Of a DNA stretch of 64,000 nt, positions 1 to 10,621 are shown piece after piece. Made by a program: the position numbers and the translations under genes. This DNA comes from Candidatus Poribacteria bacterium (lineage in GTDB: Bacteria > Poribacteria > WGA-4E > WGA-3G). How positions within the stretch are numbered: position 1 is the stretch's first letter; each line of letters begins with the position of its first letter. A model generated the notes under the pieces. It did no database searches. It was given only the letters and a program-made list of their open reading frames with translations, and was not told the origin of the DNA. The DNA lies in the NCBI GenBank assembly GCA_965208245.1, contig OZ242325.1, forward strand, positions 1,395,699-1,459,698, read 5' to 3'.

Positions 1-201
1 CACAATGAGATTATCCAAAACTTCTGTGTTGATCTGCACCAACAGGTTCTTAGAGTGGCAAGCGTTGAACCTGTGTCCGTTTTTGACCGTGGGTTTGCAC
101 GGGCACGATACGTCATCAAGTATCTTGACGATAGAGGTATCAACGTCTTGATGCGTGTTCCCCGCAACGTCAGTGTGTGCGGATGGGAAGCAGCGAAAAC
201 T
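1..201 (+). pseudogene. 3' fragment of a DDE transposase (IS4/IS5-like C-terminal region), truncated at the window edge and ending in an early stop
   Basis: Frame 1 reads ...FDRGFARARYVIKYLDDRGINVLMRVPRN... then stops. The DRG(Y/F)/VxR pattern is typical of the third catalytic region of DDE_Tnp_1 transposases. No 5' part lies in the window. Confidence 0.35.
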
Positions 202-364
202 TGACGACATAAAGACAGACTTTCTCACACATAAAACGGACAAACACAACAATGGAACAAAACAAAATAAAAATGGGGGTAAGTGACCATGAAATGGATG
301 TTGACACATTACAGCCATAGATTGTATAATATGGCAAGTGTCAGACAATTAAGGGTGCGATTTT

Positions 365-2791
365 TTATTTTTCGTCTAATTTAACTCCCTCAATATCTAT
401 CCTTAAATGCCGATTATGTTTGCAAAGTCGCTGAATCGGTGTTAAATCACGAATCGGATTACCTTTGACATGCAAATGTATTAGATTCTTCAAGGACTCT
501 ACAACACTAACATCACGAACCTGATTATTCATAAGTTCCAAAAACTGCAACTGAGATAGGTCCTTAAGCGGAGTGATGTCAGTAATCAGATTGTCATTCA
601 GCCACAAAACATAAAGTTCAGGCAATTGTGAAATAGGGGTAATGTCCCTAATCCTATTCTTAAGAAGTCTTAATCGTCGTAATTTTCTCAACTGTACAAG
701 TGGAGTTATATCGCTAATTTCACTTTCTTTGATTGTCAAGTTAAAAAGAAGAGGTAATGAAGTTAAAACAGAAGTGAGGTGTGGAAGGTCTTTAAAATTC
801 TTTCCACCCACAATTATATCCACAAGACTCGTTAATTCTGCAAGGGGTGTAAAGTCATCAATTTTATTATTCACAAGTGACAAAACTGCAAGTTTTGGAA
901 AATTCTTAACTGATGTCAAATCACTAATTTTATTGCCATCCAAAATCAAAACCCGCAGATTATCTAAATGTGTGAGAGGAGTAAAATCACTTATCATACA
1001 ATCTTCAAGGTACAACCTCTCTAATTGATTTAATCCAGATAACGTAGTCAGATCAATATCTCTGTTTTTTGATAAATATAGATATACGAGCTCTGTTATG
1101 CCATTTAGTGGGGTAATGTCGGTAATATGATTGTTGTTAAGTGACAGGTCTGTAATTCGTGTCAAATTTGTCAGAGGGTTAATGTCTTCAATCTGATTGT
1201 CATTAATTTCCAACTTCGTAATTTGCATTAACCCAGCGAGAGAAGTGATGTCAGTAATCTGATTAGAACTTAGATCTAATTCTGTAATTTGTGTTAACCC
1301 AACAAGTGGCGTGATGTCAGTAATCTGATTAGAACTTAGATCTAATTCTGTAATTTGTGTTAACCCAACAAGTGGCGTGATGTCAGCAATTTGATTATTA
1401 TTTAATGCAAGACTTTCAAGTTCTGTAAGTCCAATAAGCGGAGAAATATCCGTAATCTGATTCCCACCAACCGATAGACTAAAAAGTTCTTTCTTTCCTA
1501 CCAGCGGATTTATGTCAGTTATTTTATTATCACTGATCCCTAATACCCTAAGAGTCTTTAATCCAGCAAGCGGAGAAATATCACTAATTTGGTTATTCGA
1601 CAGGTAAAGAAGTTGAAGATGCTCAAATCCAGCAAATGACATGATGTCAGCAATTTGATTATTACCAAGTGACAATGTCTTGATTCGTGCTAATTCTCTG
1701 AGTGGTGTGACATCACCTATCATATTGAATGATAATGCTAATTCTTGAAGTTGTGTCAATTTAGCAAGAGGAGCAATGTCGTTTATTTTATTACTACAAA
1801 GAGAAAGATCTGTCAGCTCAAGCATATTTTCAAGTCCTGCAACAATAGGTGTTAAATCTCGAATCTCATTATAATCCAAATCTAATTCCGTAATATGTTG
1901 AAAACCATCAATGAACTCTATCTTACTGATTTTATTATGTTCAAGCGATAATTTTGTCAGTTGTGTTAATCGTGCAAGTGCAGAAATATCACTAATCTTA
2001 TTTTTACGTAGCTCTAACTCACGCAACTGTGATAATCCCTCAAGAGGTGTTAGATCACTTATTAAATTGTCTCCAAGATCTAAGTCTACAAGGTGTGTTA
2101 GACCCATCAATGGAGTTAGATCATTGATGTTATTATCGGAAAGGTGTAAGGTATTTAGACACTGTTTTAACCCTGATAGTAAACTAATATCACTAATTTC
2201 ATTAGTTGAAAGGGTTAATTTTTTGAGTCCTGTTAATCCAGCAAGCGGGGATAATTCGCTAATTCTGTTACCATGTAGTGATAATATTGTCAATTGTGTT
2301 AAATTCCATAAGGGTTGGATGTCTTTAATTTGGTTTCCATTAAGTGAAAGGTGTGTCAGATTGGCTAATCCTCTCAGTGATGTAATATCACTTATTCGGT
2401 TTCCATTAAGTGAAAGGTGCGTCAGATTGGTTAATCTTGTCAGTTGTGAAATATCACTTATTCCGTATCCGTAGTTGTAAGTCAATACTAAACGTGTCAA
2501 CTTTGTTAGGCCGCTCAGTGGCGTTAAGTCTTCAAATTTGTTATAGCTAAGTACTATCTCTGTTAATCCCGTCATTTTCTCTATGCCAGTTAAGTCGCTT
2601 ATCTGACTATCACTTGCTTCGAGTTTTTCAATTTTCTTCAACTCCTTTTCATTGAAAGGTGTATTTTTATCTAAATTGAGTGCTTCCCGAATAACTGCAG
2701 CTAAATTTGGATCCGGTATCTCAACGTGTTCTGCAGATGAACAACTGACGAAAAATGTGAGGGGCAATAACAACAAACATAATTGTCTCAT
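365..2791 (-). CDS. Leucine-rich-repeat (internalin/eukaryote-like LRR) lipoprotein, 808 aa
   Basis: N-terminal signal peptide with lipobox (LLLPLTFFVSC). About 30 consecutive 22-aa LRR units (LxxLxxLxLxxNxIxDIxPL). The ORF is long and uninterrupted. Confidence 0.85.
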   Translation of the reverse strand: MRQLCLLLLPLTFFVSCSSAEHVEIPDPNLAAVIREALNLDKNTPFNEKELKKIEKLEASDSQISDLTGIEKMTGLTEIVLSYNKFEDLTPLSGLTKLTRLVLTYNYGYGISDISQLTRLTNLTHLSLNGNRISDITSLRGLANLTHLSLNGNQIKDIQPLWNLTQLTILSLHGNRISELSPLAGLTGLKKLTLSTNEISDISLLSGLKQCLNTLHLSDNNINDLTPLMGLTHLVDLDLGDNLISDLTPLEGLSQLRELELRKNKISDISALARLTQLTKLSLEHNKISKIEFIDGFQHITELDLDYNEIRDLTPIVAGLENMLELTDLSLCSNKINDIAPLAKLTQLQELALSFNMIGDVTPLRELARIKTLSLGNNQIADIMSFAGFEHLQLLYLSNNQISDISPLAGLKTLRVLGISDNKITDINPLVGKKELFSLSVGGNQITDISPLIGLTELESLALNNNQIADITPLVGLTQITELDLSSNQITDITPLVGLTQITELDLSSNQITDITSLAGLMQITKLEINDNQIEDINPLTNLTRITDLSLNNNHITDITPLNGITELVYLYLSKNRDIDLTTLSGLNQLERLYLEDCMISDFTPLTHLDNLRVLILDGNKISDLTSVKNFPKLAVLSLVNNKIDDFTPLAELTSLVDIIVGGKNFKDLPHLTSVLTSLPLLFNLTIKESEISDITPLVQLRKLRRLRLLKNRIRDITPISQLPELYVLWLNDNLITDITPLKDLSQLQFLELMNNQVRDVSVVESLKNLIHLHVKGNPIRDLTPIQRLCKHNRHLRIDIEGVKLDEK
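1255..1386. repeat. Exact 66-bp tandem duplication (2 x 66 bp = one 22-aa LRR unit each) inside the LRR gene
   Basis: 1255-1320 and 1321-1386 are identical base for base. The preceding unit (1189-1254) is related but diverged. Confidence 0.9.
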
Positions 2792-2966
2792 AATATTCTA
2801 TTCCCTTCAAATTAGATTGATTACCGATAGCATCTTCTGGTGTAATGCCTATATTGTACTGAGCCTTCTGTTTTACTACCCTTTTGACCGCCCATCCACC
2901 CATCCCTCTTATCCTGTAAATCCTGGTTCAGACAAAGTTCCATAACCCGATCAATCAGAACTGGTA

Positions 2967-4646
2967 TTATCCTGTTACAGCACCTTCGGACGCAGAGGAA
3001 ACAGATTTCGCGTATTTCGCCATAACCCCACGTGTATAACGCGGTGTGGGAGGAGTCCACGCTTCTAAACGCGCCTGTATTTCAGCATCAGAGAGGGAAA
3101 CATCCAACCTACGTGTTCTGGCATCAATCACAATTTCGTCCCCTTCTTTTAAAATAGCGATGGGACCCCCGATTGCTGCTTCAGGCGCAACGTGACATAT
3201 CATAAATCCGTGTGTTGCTCCAGAGAATCTGCCATCTGTCAGAAGCGCAACATCCTCACTTAAACCGGCACCGACAATTGCTGCTGTCACACCTAACATC
3301 TCCCGCATGCCAGGTCCACCTATAGGTCCTTCATAACGTATCACAACCACATCACCCGGTTTGATTTTACCCCCCTTGATAGCAGTAAATGTGTCCTCTT
3401 CACGTTCAAAGATACGTGCGGGACCGCGATGCAACGTTTTTTCCTGACCCGCTAACTTTATCACACACCCATCAGGTGCAAGGTTACCTTGCAAGATAGC
3501 AAATCCACCGGTCCGTTTCAAAGGAGCATTAACTGATCTAACAACCTGTTGACCCTCCGTCTCAGTTGCAGCAGCCGCTTCCTCACCGATTGTTTTACCC
3601 GTAACAGTCAGCTCATCCGTATGCAGCAAACCTGCTTCTATCAACCGTTTCGTTAGAAATTGGATTCCACCCGCTTCATACAAGTCGGTTGCGACAAACT
3701 GTCCACCCGGTTTAAGGTCTGCCAATATAGGTGTTTTTTGGCTAATGGTGTGGAAATCTTCAAGGGTTAAAGGTATCTGCGCTTCGTGTGCAATAGCGAG
3801 CAGATGCAGAACACCGTTTGTTGAACCGCCTGTTGCAGCAACAGATGTAATCGCATTCTCAAGAGACTTTCGGGTAATGATCTGACTTGGACGACGGTCA
3901 GCAGCCAGCATATCCATCACAAGTTGTCCCGCTTTATATGCTTCGTTATCCTTCTCTTCAACCACAGCTGGCACACTCCCACTACCCAACGGTGCAATAC
4001 CTAACATCTCAACAGCAGTCGCCATCGTATTTGCAGTGAACTGACCCCCACAAGCACCAGGGCCAGGACAGCCTTTACTAATCAAATCGTCCAATTCCTC
4101 AACTGTGATAGTTCCTTCTGCATGCTGTCCGACCGCCTCAAATACGTCTTGTATTGTGACATCGCGCCCCTGAAAATTACCGGGCATAATTGAACCGCCA
4201 TATAACGTGAGAGACGGTATATCTAAACGTGCTAACGCCATCACGGTACCGGGAACTGTCTTGTCACATCCGCAGAGTGCAATCACCGCATCAAACATGT
4301 TGCCGATAGAGACTAACTCTATTGAATCCGCAACGACTTCTCTGCTGATGAGAGAGGTCTTCATCCCCTCTGTACCCATTGTAATACCATCAGAGATACT
4401 CACAGTATTAAATTCAAGCGGCGTTCCACCAGCATCACGGATACCAGCCTTAACCTTAGCAGCAAGATGTCTCAAGTGGAAATTACAAGGTCCTATTTCA
4501 ATCCATGTGTTTGCAACCCCGATAATTGGCTTGTCAAGGTCTTCTAGTGAAAGCCCACCATCACCGAACATCAGCATCGTGCGTGCAGCAGCGCGGTCGG
4601 GACCATCGGTAATCGCATAACTCCGGGGTTTCAGTTTATTAGACAT
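2967..4646 (-). CDS. ilvD: Dihydroxy-acid dehydratase (IlvD/EDD family)
   Basis: 559 aa from the ATG at 4646, with an AGGAGA RBS upstream. IlvD/EDD hallmark segments are present (CDKTVPG, SLISREV..., C-terminal GAVTG). The called ORF extends 21 aa further upstream without an RBS. Confidence 0.88.
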   Translation of the reverse strand: MSNKLKPRSYAITDGPDRAAARTMLMFGDGGLSLEDLDKPIIGVANTWIEIGPCNFHLRHLAAKVKAGIRDAGGTPLEFNTVSISDGITMGTEGMKTSLISREVVADSIELVSIGNMFDAVIALCGCDKTVPGTVMALARLDIPSLTLYGGSIMPGNFQGRDVTIQDVFEAVGQHAEGTITVEELDDLISKGCPGPGACGGQFTANTMATAVEMLGIAPLGSGSVPAVVEEKDNEAYKAGQLVMDMLAADRRPSQIITRKSLENAITSVAATGGSTNGVLHLLAIAHEAQIPLTLEDFHTISQKTPILADLKPGGQFVATDLYEAGGIQFLTKRLIEAGLLHTDELTVTGKTIGEEAAAATETEGQQVVRSVNAPLKRTGGFAILQGNLAPDGCVIKLAGQEKTLHRGPARIFEREEDTFTAIKGGKIKPGDVVVIRYEGPIGGPGMREMLGVTAAIVGAGLSEDVALLTDGRFSGATHGFMICHVAPEAAIGGPIAILKEGDEIVIDARTRRLDVSLSDAEIQARLEAWTPPTPRYTRGVMAKYAKSVSSASEGAVTG

Positions 4647-4954
4647 GATTCTGTATTCTCCTGCATAAGCATATACTATGAGAGCGGGGGCAACGTTGTC
4701 AAACGACATTCACTAAAAACTATGTATTGAACCTATTATAGCAGATTTACGCTTTTTCTGCCTACTGAAAATGGATAATTCCTTGACAGAGCATTTGTTA
4801 ATAGTATACACTATTAAAATAACTAAGAATTTCCCGACAGGATCTAATCTAAAGTAGAGCCTCAAGAACGTCATTCACCAAAGTATACCTGATAACGATG
4901 ACGCACCGTTTTGCTCGTTGTTATTCACATCATGTCTAACAGGAGATATACTTC

Positions 4955-6436
4955 ATGCAGGAAAAATTGATTCTTGAAAAAATACGTCAAGTCCGTCGAC
5001 GCCTAAATGTCCAAGGTTATTTACAAACCCTGGCAATCTTCTTGTTATACGGACTAACTGTTTGTGTCCCAGTTGTCATTGTTGACAGTCTTGTCACATC
5101 ATTCAATATACCATCACTGACATTCCTGTGGGTGGCATGTGGTATTGCAGTCGTTGCATGCGTCGTTCGTTTAGTGCGTCCAATAAACCTATTGGAAGCA
5201 GCCCGCGCAATTGATGTGGATGCATCCTTGAAAGACCGTGTTGTCAGCGGGTTAGAACAAATTGAACGTAAGACTAATGAAACGCTAACTGCACTTCAAC
5301 TACAAGATACCAGTAAGAGATTGCAAGCAATCCCAATCAAACAGGTCGCGAAATACGAAGTCCCACGACAAACTTTCTTTGTCGCTTTAGTGGCAATTTT
5401 CCTCGTAACTTTCTCGTATGTTGAGTTTTTTGAACCACCTACGACTGCAGCAGAACTAGACTATTCAGCTGAAATCGCAACTGAAACTGATTCACTGTTA
5501 AAGCAAATTGAAGAAGCAAAGAAAGAAACCGAAGAGAACGAAGATCAGGAACTCAAGGAAATTTTAGAAGAGATTGAGAAAAGAACACTTGAGATGAAAA
5601 AAACTGAGATGAAACCGAAGGAAGTTCTTGCAAGAATGACAGAGTTAACACAACTCTTGAAAAACAAAATTGACCCTGTCAAGATTGCACAGCAAGAAGA
5701 GCTTATGCAAGAACTCGGACAACAATTCATCGGTAACCCTATTCTCGGAGAATTCGGACAACAGTTGAAACGCGGCGACTACAAGAAAGCTGCTGACAAA
5801 TTGGACAAAGTTGCCAAAGACGTTCCAAAATTCGACCCCGAACAACGGCAAAACCTTTCTGATGAACTCAAAAGGGCAGGCAAAAGTCTAAAGGATTCTG
5901 ACCTCGATGGACTCGGAGGAAATATTGCTGGGGCAGGAGAAGCAATGGAAGGAAATGATACTGAAGGCGCACAAGGTAAACTCAACGCCTCAAGTAAGCA
6001 GATCCGCAATTTCGACCTGCTCAAGAATCGCAATCAGAAGTTGACAGACCTACTCTGTGCATGTGAAAATTGTAAGGCATGTATTGCAGCATGTTGTGCA
6101 GGAAAAAACCCAGCAACCGGTTTGACAAATATGTTATCTAATAGTCCTACGAATAGTGCAGGAAACAAAACCTCCACATCTCAACAAGGAGACCTTACTT
6201 CACTCGATTCTACACTCAACCTGCAGCAGATCACGGGTGTTCAAGGCGAAGGTAGTTCCACCGTGCAAACTTCAAAAGTTTCCGCTGAAGGACAAGAATC
6301 TTCACTCAACTATAAAGATGCTTACATGAAGTATCAAAAACTCTCAGAAGATGCACTCACACAGGAACAGATACCCCTCGGATATAAGTTCTATGTGAAA
6401 CGCTATTTTGAATCCATTAAACCAACTGAAGATTAA
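4955..6436 (+). CDS. Hypothetical membrane/coiled-coil protein with a Cys-rich cluster, first gene of the MoxR-DUF58-BatA operon
   Basis: Two N-terminal TM helices, a long K/E-rich predicted coiled coil, and the motif CACENCKACIAACCAGKN (7 Cys in 14 residues). Same strand and close spacing to moxR. Confidence 0.6.
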   Translation: MQEKLILEKIRQVRRRLNVQGYLQTLAIFLLYGLTVCVPVVIVDSLVTSFNIPSLTFLWVACGIAVVACVVRLVRPINLLEAARAIDVDASLKDRVVSGLEQIERKTNETLTALQLQDTSKRLQAIPIKQVAKYEVPRQTFFVALVAIFLVTFSYVEFFEPPTTAAELDYSAEIATETDSLLKQIEEAKKETEENEDQELKEILEEIEKRTLEMKKTEMKPKEVLARMTELTQLLKNKIDPVKIAQQEELMQELGQQFIGNPILGEFGQQLKRGDYKKAADKLDKVAKDVPKFDPEQRQNLSDELKRAGKSLKDSDLDGLGGNIAGAGEAMEGNDTEGAQGKLNASSKQIRNFDLLKNRNQKLTDLLCACENCKACIAACCAGKNPATGLTNMLSNSPTNSAGNKTSTSQQGDLTSLDSTLNLQQITGVQGEGSSTVQTSKVSAEGQESSLNYKDAYMKYQKLSEDALTQEQIPLGYKFYVKRYFESIKPTED

Positions 6437-6518
6437 GAACACACCTAAGCAATAATCACCGCAGAGATAAATGGCAATCCTTGCGGTGATTTAACGCCTA
6501 TGCACCGTAGGGAGAAAA

Positions 6519-7502
6519 ATGTCCGAAAATTTAGAACAAAAACACAATGAATTCCGTGAGACCTTCAAAAAAATACAAGAAGAAGTTTCTAAGCGGATCG
6601 TTGGTCAGAAGGAAATTATTGAAGGTGTTTTAATTTGCTTAATGACGGGAGGACATGCACTATTAGAAGGTGTCCCCGGCTTAGGCAAAACACTACTCAT
6701 CACTACACTCCATGAAGTCCTCGACTTAGAAGAACAACGCATACAATTTACACCCGACCTGATGCCTGCGGATATTGTAGGTACTACAATTGTCGCAGAG
6801 GATGATGTCGGAAAAAAATTCTTCGAATTTCAACCAGGCCCCATCTTCGCAAATCTCGTCCTCGCGGATGAAATTAACCGCGCAACACCAAAAACACAGT
6901 CAGCATTACTTCAAGCCATGCAAGAAAAATCTGTTACCGTCGCCGGAGTACATCACAATTTAGATCTACCTTTCTTTGTCATGGCAACACAGAACCCATT
7001 AGAAATGGAAGGAACATATCCATTACCGGAAGCACAACTTGACAGATTCTTCTTCAAACTTAAGGTTGAGTTCCCAAGTATTGAAGAACTTGATGTTGTC
7101 ATGGAACGCACAACAAAACGCGAAATGCCTACTGTTGGAAAGGTTTGCGAAGGCTCGGTTATCAACACACTCGAACAGATCGTCCGAGATATCCTGATCG
7201 CTGAAGATGTTCGAAAATATGCATTACACATCGTCATGGGAACGCATCCTGAAACAGAAGATGCACCAGAAATGACAAAGAAATATGTGCGCTACGGTTC
7301 AAGTCCACGCGGAGCACAAGCACTAATACTTGCAAGCAAGGTAAAAGCTATTTTAGACGGAAGATATAATGTAGCACGCGAGGATATCCAGTCTGTTGCA
7401 TTACCCAGTCTGCGCCACCGTCTTATACTCAGTTTTGAAGGGGAAGCTGAGGGCATCGACCCCGACATGATCATTAACAATTTGTTAGAAGTAACAGATT
7501 AG
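6519..7502 (+). CDS. MoxR-family AAA+ ATPase
   Basis: Walker A GVPGLGKT, Walker B LADEINRA, 327 aa. Typical MoxR architecture. Confidence 0.9.
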   Translation: MSENLEQKHNEFRETFKKIQEEVSKRIVGQKEIIEGVLICLMTGGHALLEGVPGLGKTLLITTLHEVLDLEEQRIQFTPDLMPADIVGTTIVAEDDVGKKFFEFQPGPIFANLVLADEINRATPKTQSALLQAMQEKSVTVAGVHHNLDLPFFVMATQNPLEMEGTYPLPEAQLDRFFFKLKVEFPSIEELDVVMERTTKREMPTVGKVCEGSVINTLEQIVRDILIAEDVRKYALHIVMGTHPETEDAPEMTKKYVRYGSSPRGAQALILASKVKAILDGRYNVAREDIQSVALPSLRHRLILSFEGEAEGIDPDMIINNLLEVTD

Positions 7503-7529
7503 TCTCTCCATTGCGGATACCATAATTAA

Positions 7530-8417
7530 ATGAACGAAACACAATCTGCATTTGACAGCGATTTCCTAAAACAACTTGAATACCTTTACATCGTCTCAAA
7601 AAAGATCTTTGCTGGACGTATAAAGGCTGAACGCCGCAGTACACGAAAAGGTGTCAGCGTAGAGTTTGCTGATTACAGAAACTACACTGCTGGAGACGAT
7701 TTTCGTTATATTGATTGGAATGCATTCGCAAGATTGGACGAATTGCTACTAAAACTCTATGAAGAACGCGAAGACCTACACATCTATTTTCTGGTTGATG
7801 CAAGTGAGTCCATGACGTACGGTGAATTACCTAAACTCATATACGCAAAACGAGTTGCCGCCGCACTCGCTTATATCGGGCTCTCAAATCTTGACAGAAT
7901 CGGCATAACTACATTCAATACAACAGATAAATCTCGACTACCTGTAGAACGCGGGAAAGGAAAGATTTTCACCGTCCTCAATTTCCTTGATCAAATTGAA
8001 GCTTCAGGTGAAACCGATCTAGAGCAAGCATTCCACAATTTTATCCACATGACGAAACGACGCGGATTGATCGTCCTCATTTCAGACCTATTTGACCCAA
8101 AAGGATTCACTGCCGGACTCAACATGCTAAAGTTTCAAAAGCACGACCTGTTTGTTGTTCATATAATTGACGAAAAAGAAGCTGAACCCGATCTACTCGG
8201 CGACTATCATCTCGTTGATGTTGAGACAAATGAACTTCGACCTGTCACCATAAATGAATCACACATTAAACGGTATCAGGACCTCTTCAAAAAATACTGC
8301 AATGACCTTGACAGGTATTGTACGCAGAGAGAAATAAGTCTTGTTCGGACAATGACGAAAACACCATTTGATGAACTCATATTACGCATTTTCCGAACGG
8401 GTGGTTTTGTAACCTAA
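7530..8417 (+). CDS. DUF58 (vWA-like) protein, MoxR partner
   Basis: Conserved DUF58 segments (DYRNYTAGDDFRYIDW, LVDASESM). Immediately downstream of moxR. Confidence 0.85.
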   Translation: MNETQSAFDSDFLKQLEYLYIVSKKIFAGRIKAERRSTRKGVSVEFADYRNYTAGDDFRYIDWNAFARLDELLLKLYEEREDLHIYFLVDASESMTYGELPKLIYAKRVAAALAYIGLSNLDRIGITTFNTTDKSRLPVERGKGKIFTVLNFLDQIEASGETDLEQAFHNFIHMTKRRGLIVLISDLFDPKGFTAGLNMLKFQKHDLFVVHIIDEKEAEPDLLGDYHLVDVETNELRPVTINESHIKRYQDLFKKYCNDLDRYCTQREISLVRTMTKTPFDELILRIFRTGGFVT

Positions 8418-8452
8418 CACCTTTTGACCTTAAATTGTCCGGATAATATTGA

Positions 8453-10543
8453 TTGATGAATTTCCTATCACCTGCCTCCTTGTTCTTATTCGGACTTGCA
8501 ATTCCGATTATTGCACTCTACATTCTCAAATTAAGACGGAGACGAGAACCTGTCTCTACACTCATGTTCTGGGAACAACTCTTCAAAGAGAGACAAACCA
8601 CATCCCTATTTCAAAGGCTCAAACACCTATTATCACTTTTGCTTCAACTACTGTTTCTTGCACTCTTAGTTTTAGCAGCCGCCAGACCACAGTTCGCTTT
8701 CATCACAAAATCAGCACGACAACTCATACTCATTGTTGACCATTCAGCGAGTATGAACGCCGTCTTAAACTTCGATCCCGAAAACCCTGAAACAGAATCA
8801 CGTTTAGATTCTGCAAAAGAAACAGCACTCCAAATTGCACAAGGACTACGTTTTATGGATGAAATGTCTGTCATCAGTTGTCATACCCGTCCCATAATTC
8901 ATACCCCGTTCACAAGACATCAGAAAACAATTCGTAAAGCGATCGAATCCATTCAACCCACAGACATAAAAACAGACTTAAAACCTGCTATAGACCTTGC
9001 ATTAGCCGTTGCACAAACAAAACCTAATCCAGAAATAATAATCCTCAGCGATTTCCAAAAAATCTCCGAAGAGACCCTCGCTGATTTCCAAAACTTACAA
9101 ACCGAAAACATAAACCCAGACGATAATGATCAAGAACAAAAAAGAGATATCAAACGCCACCTCCTACAAATCGGCGAAGAGAACGATAATGTCGGTATTA
9201 CCCAATTTCGTGTCCGAAAGAGCATTGTCAACGCTTTTGATTATGAAACACTACTGAGCGTCATAAATACCTCAGATGAAGAAAAGAAATGTAGTGTTGA
9301 ACTCTATTTTAGCGAAAGCCTATTTGATGTACGCCCCTATACACTTGCCCCCGGTGAAATAAAGACCGAGATATTCAGTAATTTTACATTTGAAGGCGGG
9401 GAACTCAAAGCAGTATTAGACATTGAGGACGCACTTAAAACCGACAATGTCGCCTACGCAACACTCCCCATACGGGAAAGTACCACTGTCCTATTGGTAA
9501 CAGAAGAGAATCCTTTCCTAAGGAATGCACTTGCAGTTGATGAGAAAATAAACCTAACCGTCGCAACACCTACAGAATACGAAGCAAATACACAAGATTT
9601 TGAGGTAGTCATTTTTGATCGCTACAGTCCCACCTCACTCGGTGATGGTAATTTTATGTTCATTTATCCACCCAATTCTGATACACCGCCAAATATAGGT
9701 ACAGACGATTCTGTTGCAACGTGGAAAATCGGAGAAGAGATAGAAACACCCATTATTACAGAATGGGAACGAACACATCCAATACTACAACATGTGCAGT
9801 TAGAAAACGTACTTATCGGAAAAGCTTACACAGTAACACCAACACCAACATCGAAAGTCCTTGTCCGTTCATTTGAATCGCCAGTCGTGTTTGTAGATGT
9901 TACACCAAAAAGAAAAATCGTGTTTGCAGCAATTAACATACTAGAGTCCGATCTACCACTCCGCATAGCATTCCCTGTCATCATGGCAAATACCATAACA
10001 TGGTTTGTCCAGGGTGATAAAATAGAAGAGTACCATCTACTTACAGGTGAAGTCTTGCGGTATAAATTTGATGCTCAAGAGATAGAAGAAGTAAAGAACA
10101 AACTCCCGCAAGATAAAACAGTTGAAAACCCGCAAATGACCGTCCAAATCACCGGTCCTAACGATAAAACGTGGTACATCCCAATAGACAATAAAGGTGA
10201 TAATGGTGGTGAATTACTCTTTGATCAGACACAACTTGCAGGTTTCTACGCCTTAACCCTAACGAATGCAACAACTAATGAGAATACAGAAACTGATGAA
10301 AACCTTGAAGAAGAGAATACGACAGATGAAAATGGATTCAAGAAGTTATGGGCAGTAAATCTCGCAAGTGAAACCGAAGCAAGTATCAATGCTGTTGACG
10401 GAATAGAAGAATTGGTGACAGAAACAGAACTGATCAGTGGCAGTTCATTCTTCCGGTTTCCGCCGTGGATATACCTTGTCTTTCTCGCTGTTATCTTGAG
10501 CGTTGTGGAGTGGTTCATGTATCAACGCAGAAAAATAGACTAA
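8453..10543 (+). CDS. BatA-like von Willebrand factor A domain membrane protein (aerotolerance-operon type)
   Basis: N-terminal TM, RRRREP, second TM, then a vWA MIDAS-like motif (IVDHSASM). C-terminal TM anchor. 696 aa. Confidence 0.8.
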   Translation: MMNFLSPASLFLFGLAIPIIALYILKLRRRREPVSTLMFWEQLFKERQTTSLFQRLKHLLSLLLQLLFLALLVLAAARPQFAFITKSARQLILIVDHSASMNAVLNFDPENPETESRLDSAKETALQIAQGLRFMDEMSVISCHTRPIIHTPFTRHQKTIRKAIESIQPTDIKTDLKPAIDLALAVAQTKPNPEIIILSDFQKISEETLADFQNLQTENINPDDNDQEQKRDIKRHLLQIGEENDNVGITQFRVRKSIVNAFDYETLLSVINTSDEEKKCSVELYFSESLFDVRPYTLAPGEIKTEIFSNFTFEGGELKAVLDIEDALKTDNVAYATLPIRESTTVLLVTEENPFLRNALAVDEKINLTVATPTEYEANTQDFEVVIFDRYSPTSLGDGNFMFIYPPNSDTPPNIGTDDSVATWKIGEEIETPIITEWERTHPILQHVQLENVLIGKAYTVTPTPTSKVLVRSFESPVVFVDVTPKRKIVFAAINILESDLPLRIAFPVIMANTITWFVQGDKIEEYHLLTGEVLRYKFDAQEIEEVKNKLPQDKTVENPQMTVQITGPNDKTWYIPIDNKGDNGGELLFDQTQLAGFYALTLTNATTNENTETDENLEEENTTDENGFKKLWAVNLASETEASINAVDGIEELVTETELISGSSFFRFPPWIYLVFLAVILSVVEWFMYQRRKID

Positions 10544-10560
10544 TCCATCTTCTCCCTCAT

Positions 10561-10572
10561 TAGAATATTCTA
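10561..10572. promoter_or_regulatory. Perfect 12-bp palindrome TAGAATATTCTA with a TAGAATA half-site repeated at 10612-10618, candidate operator upstream of the HicAB-like ORF
   Basis: Seen directly in the sequence, about 50 bp upstream of the 10622 start. The half-site recurs just before the ATG. Confidence 0.4.
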
Positions 10573-10621
10573 TAAGTCAAAATACACTTGATTCTTAACC
10601 TAAAAGGAGTTAGAATAATAC

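Noticed and set aside
642-2474. ORFs 642-1028 (+) and 1911-2474 (+) inside the LRR gene
   Set aside because: They lie antisense to an 808-aa ORF with strong periodic LRR structure. The translations are low-complexity (S/L/R-rich), which is typical of antisense repeat artefacts.
4207-4620. ORF 4207-4620 (+) inside ilvD
   Set aside because: It lies antisense to a well-conserved IlvD coding region and has no independent support.
8449-8739. ORF 8449-8739 (+), out of frame with batA
   Set aside because: It is fully nested in the BatA N-terminal coding region, whose TM-RRRREP-TM signature is conserved. The alternative frame is Thr/Ser-rich noise.
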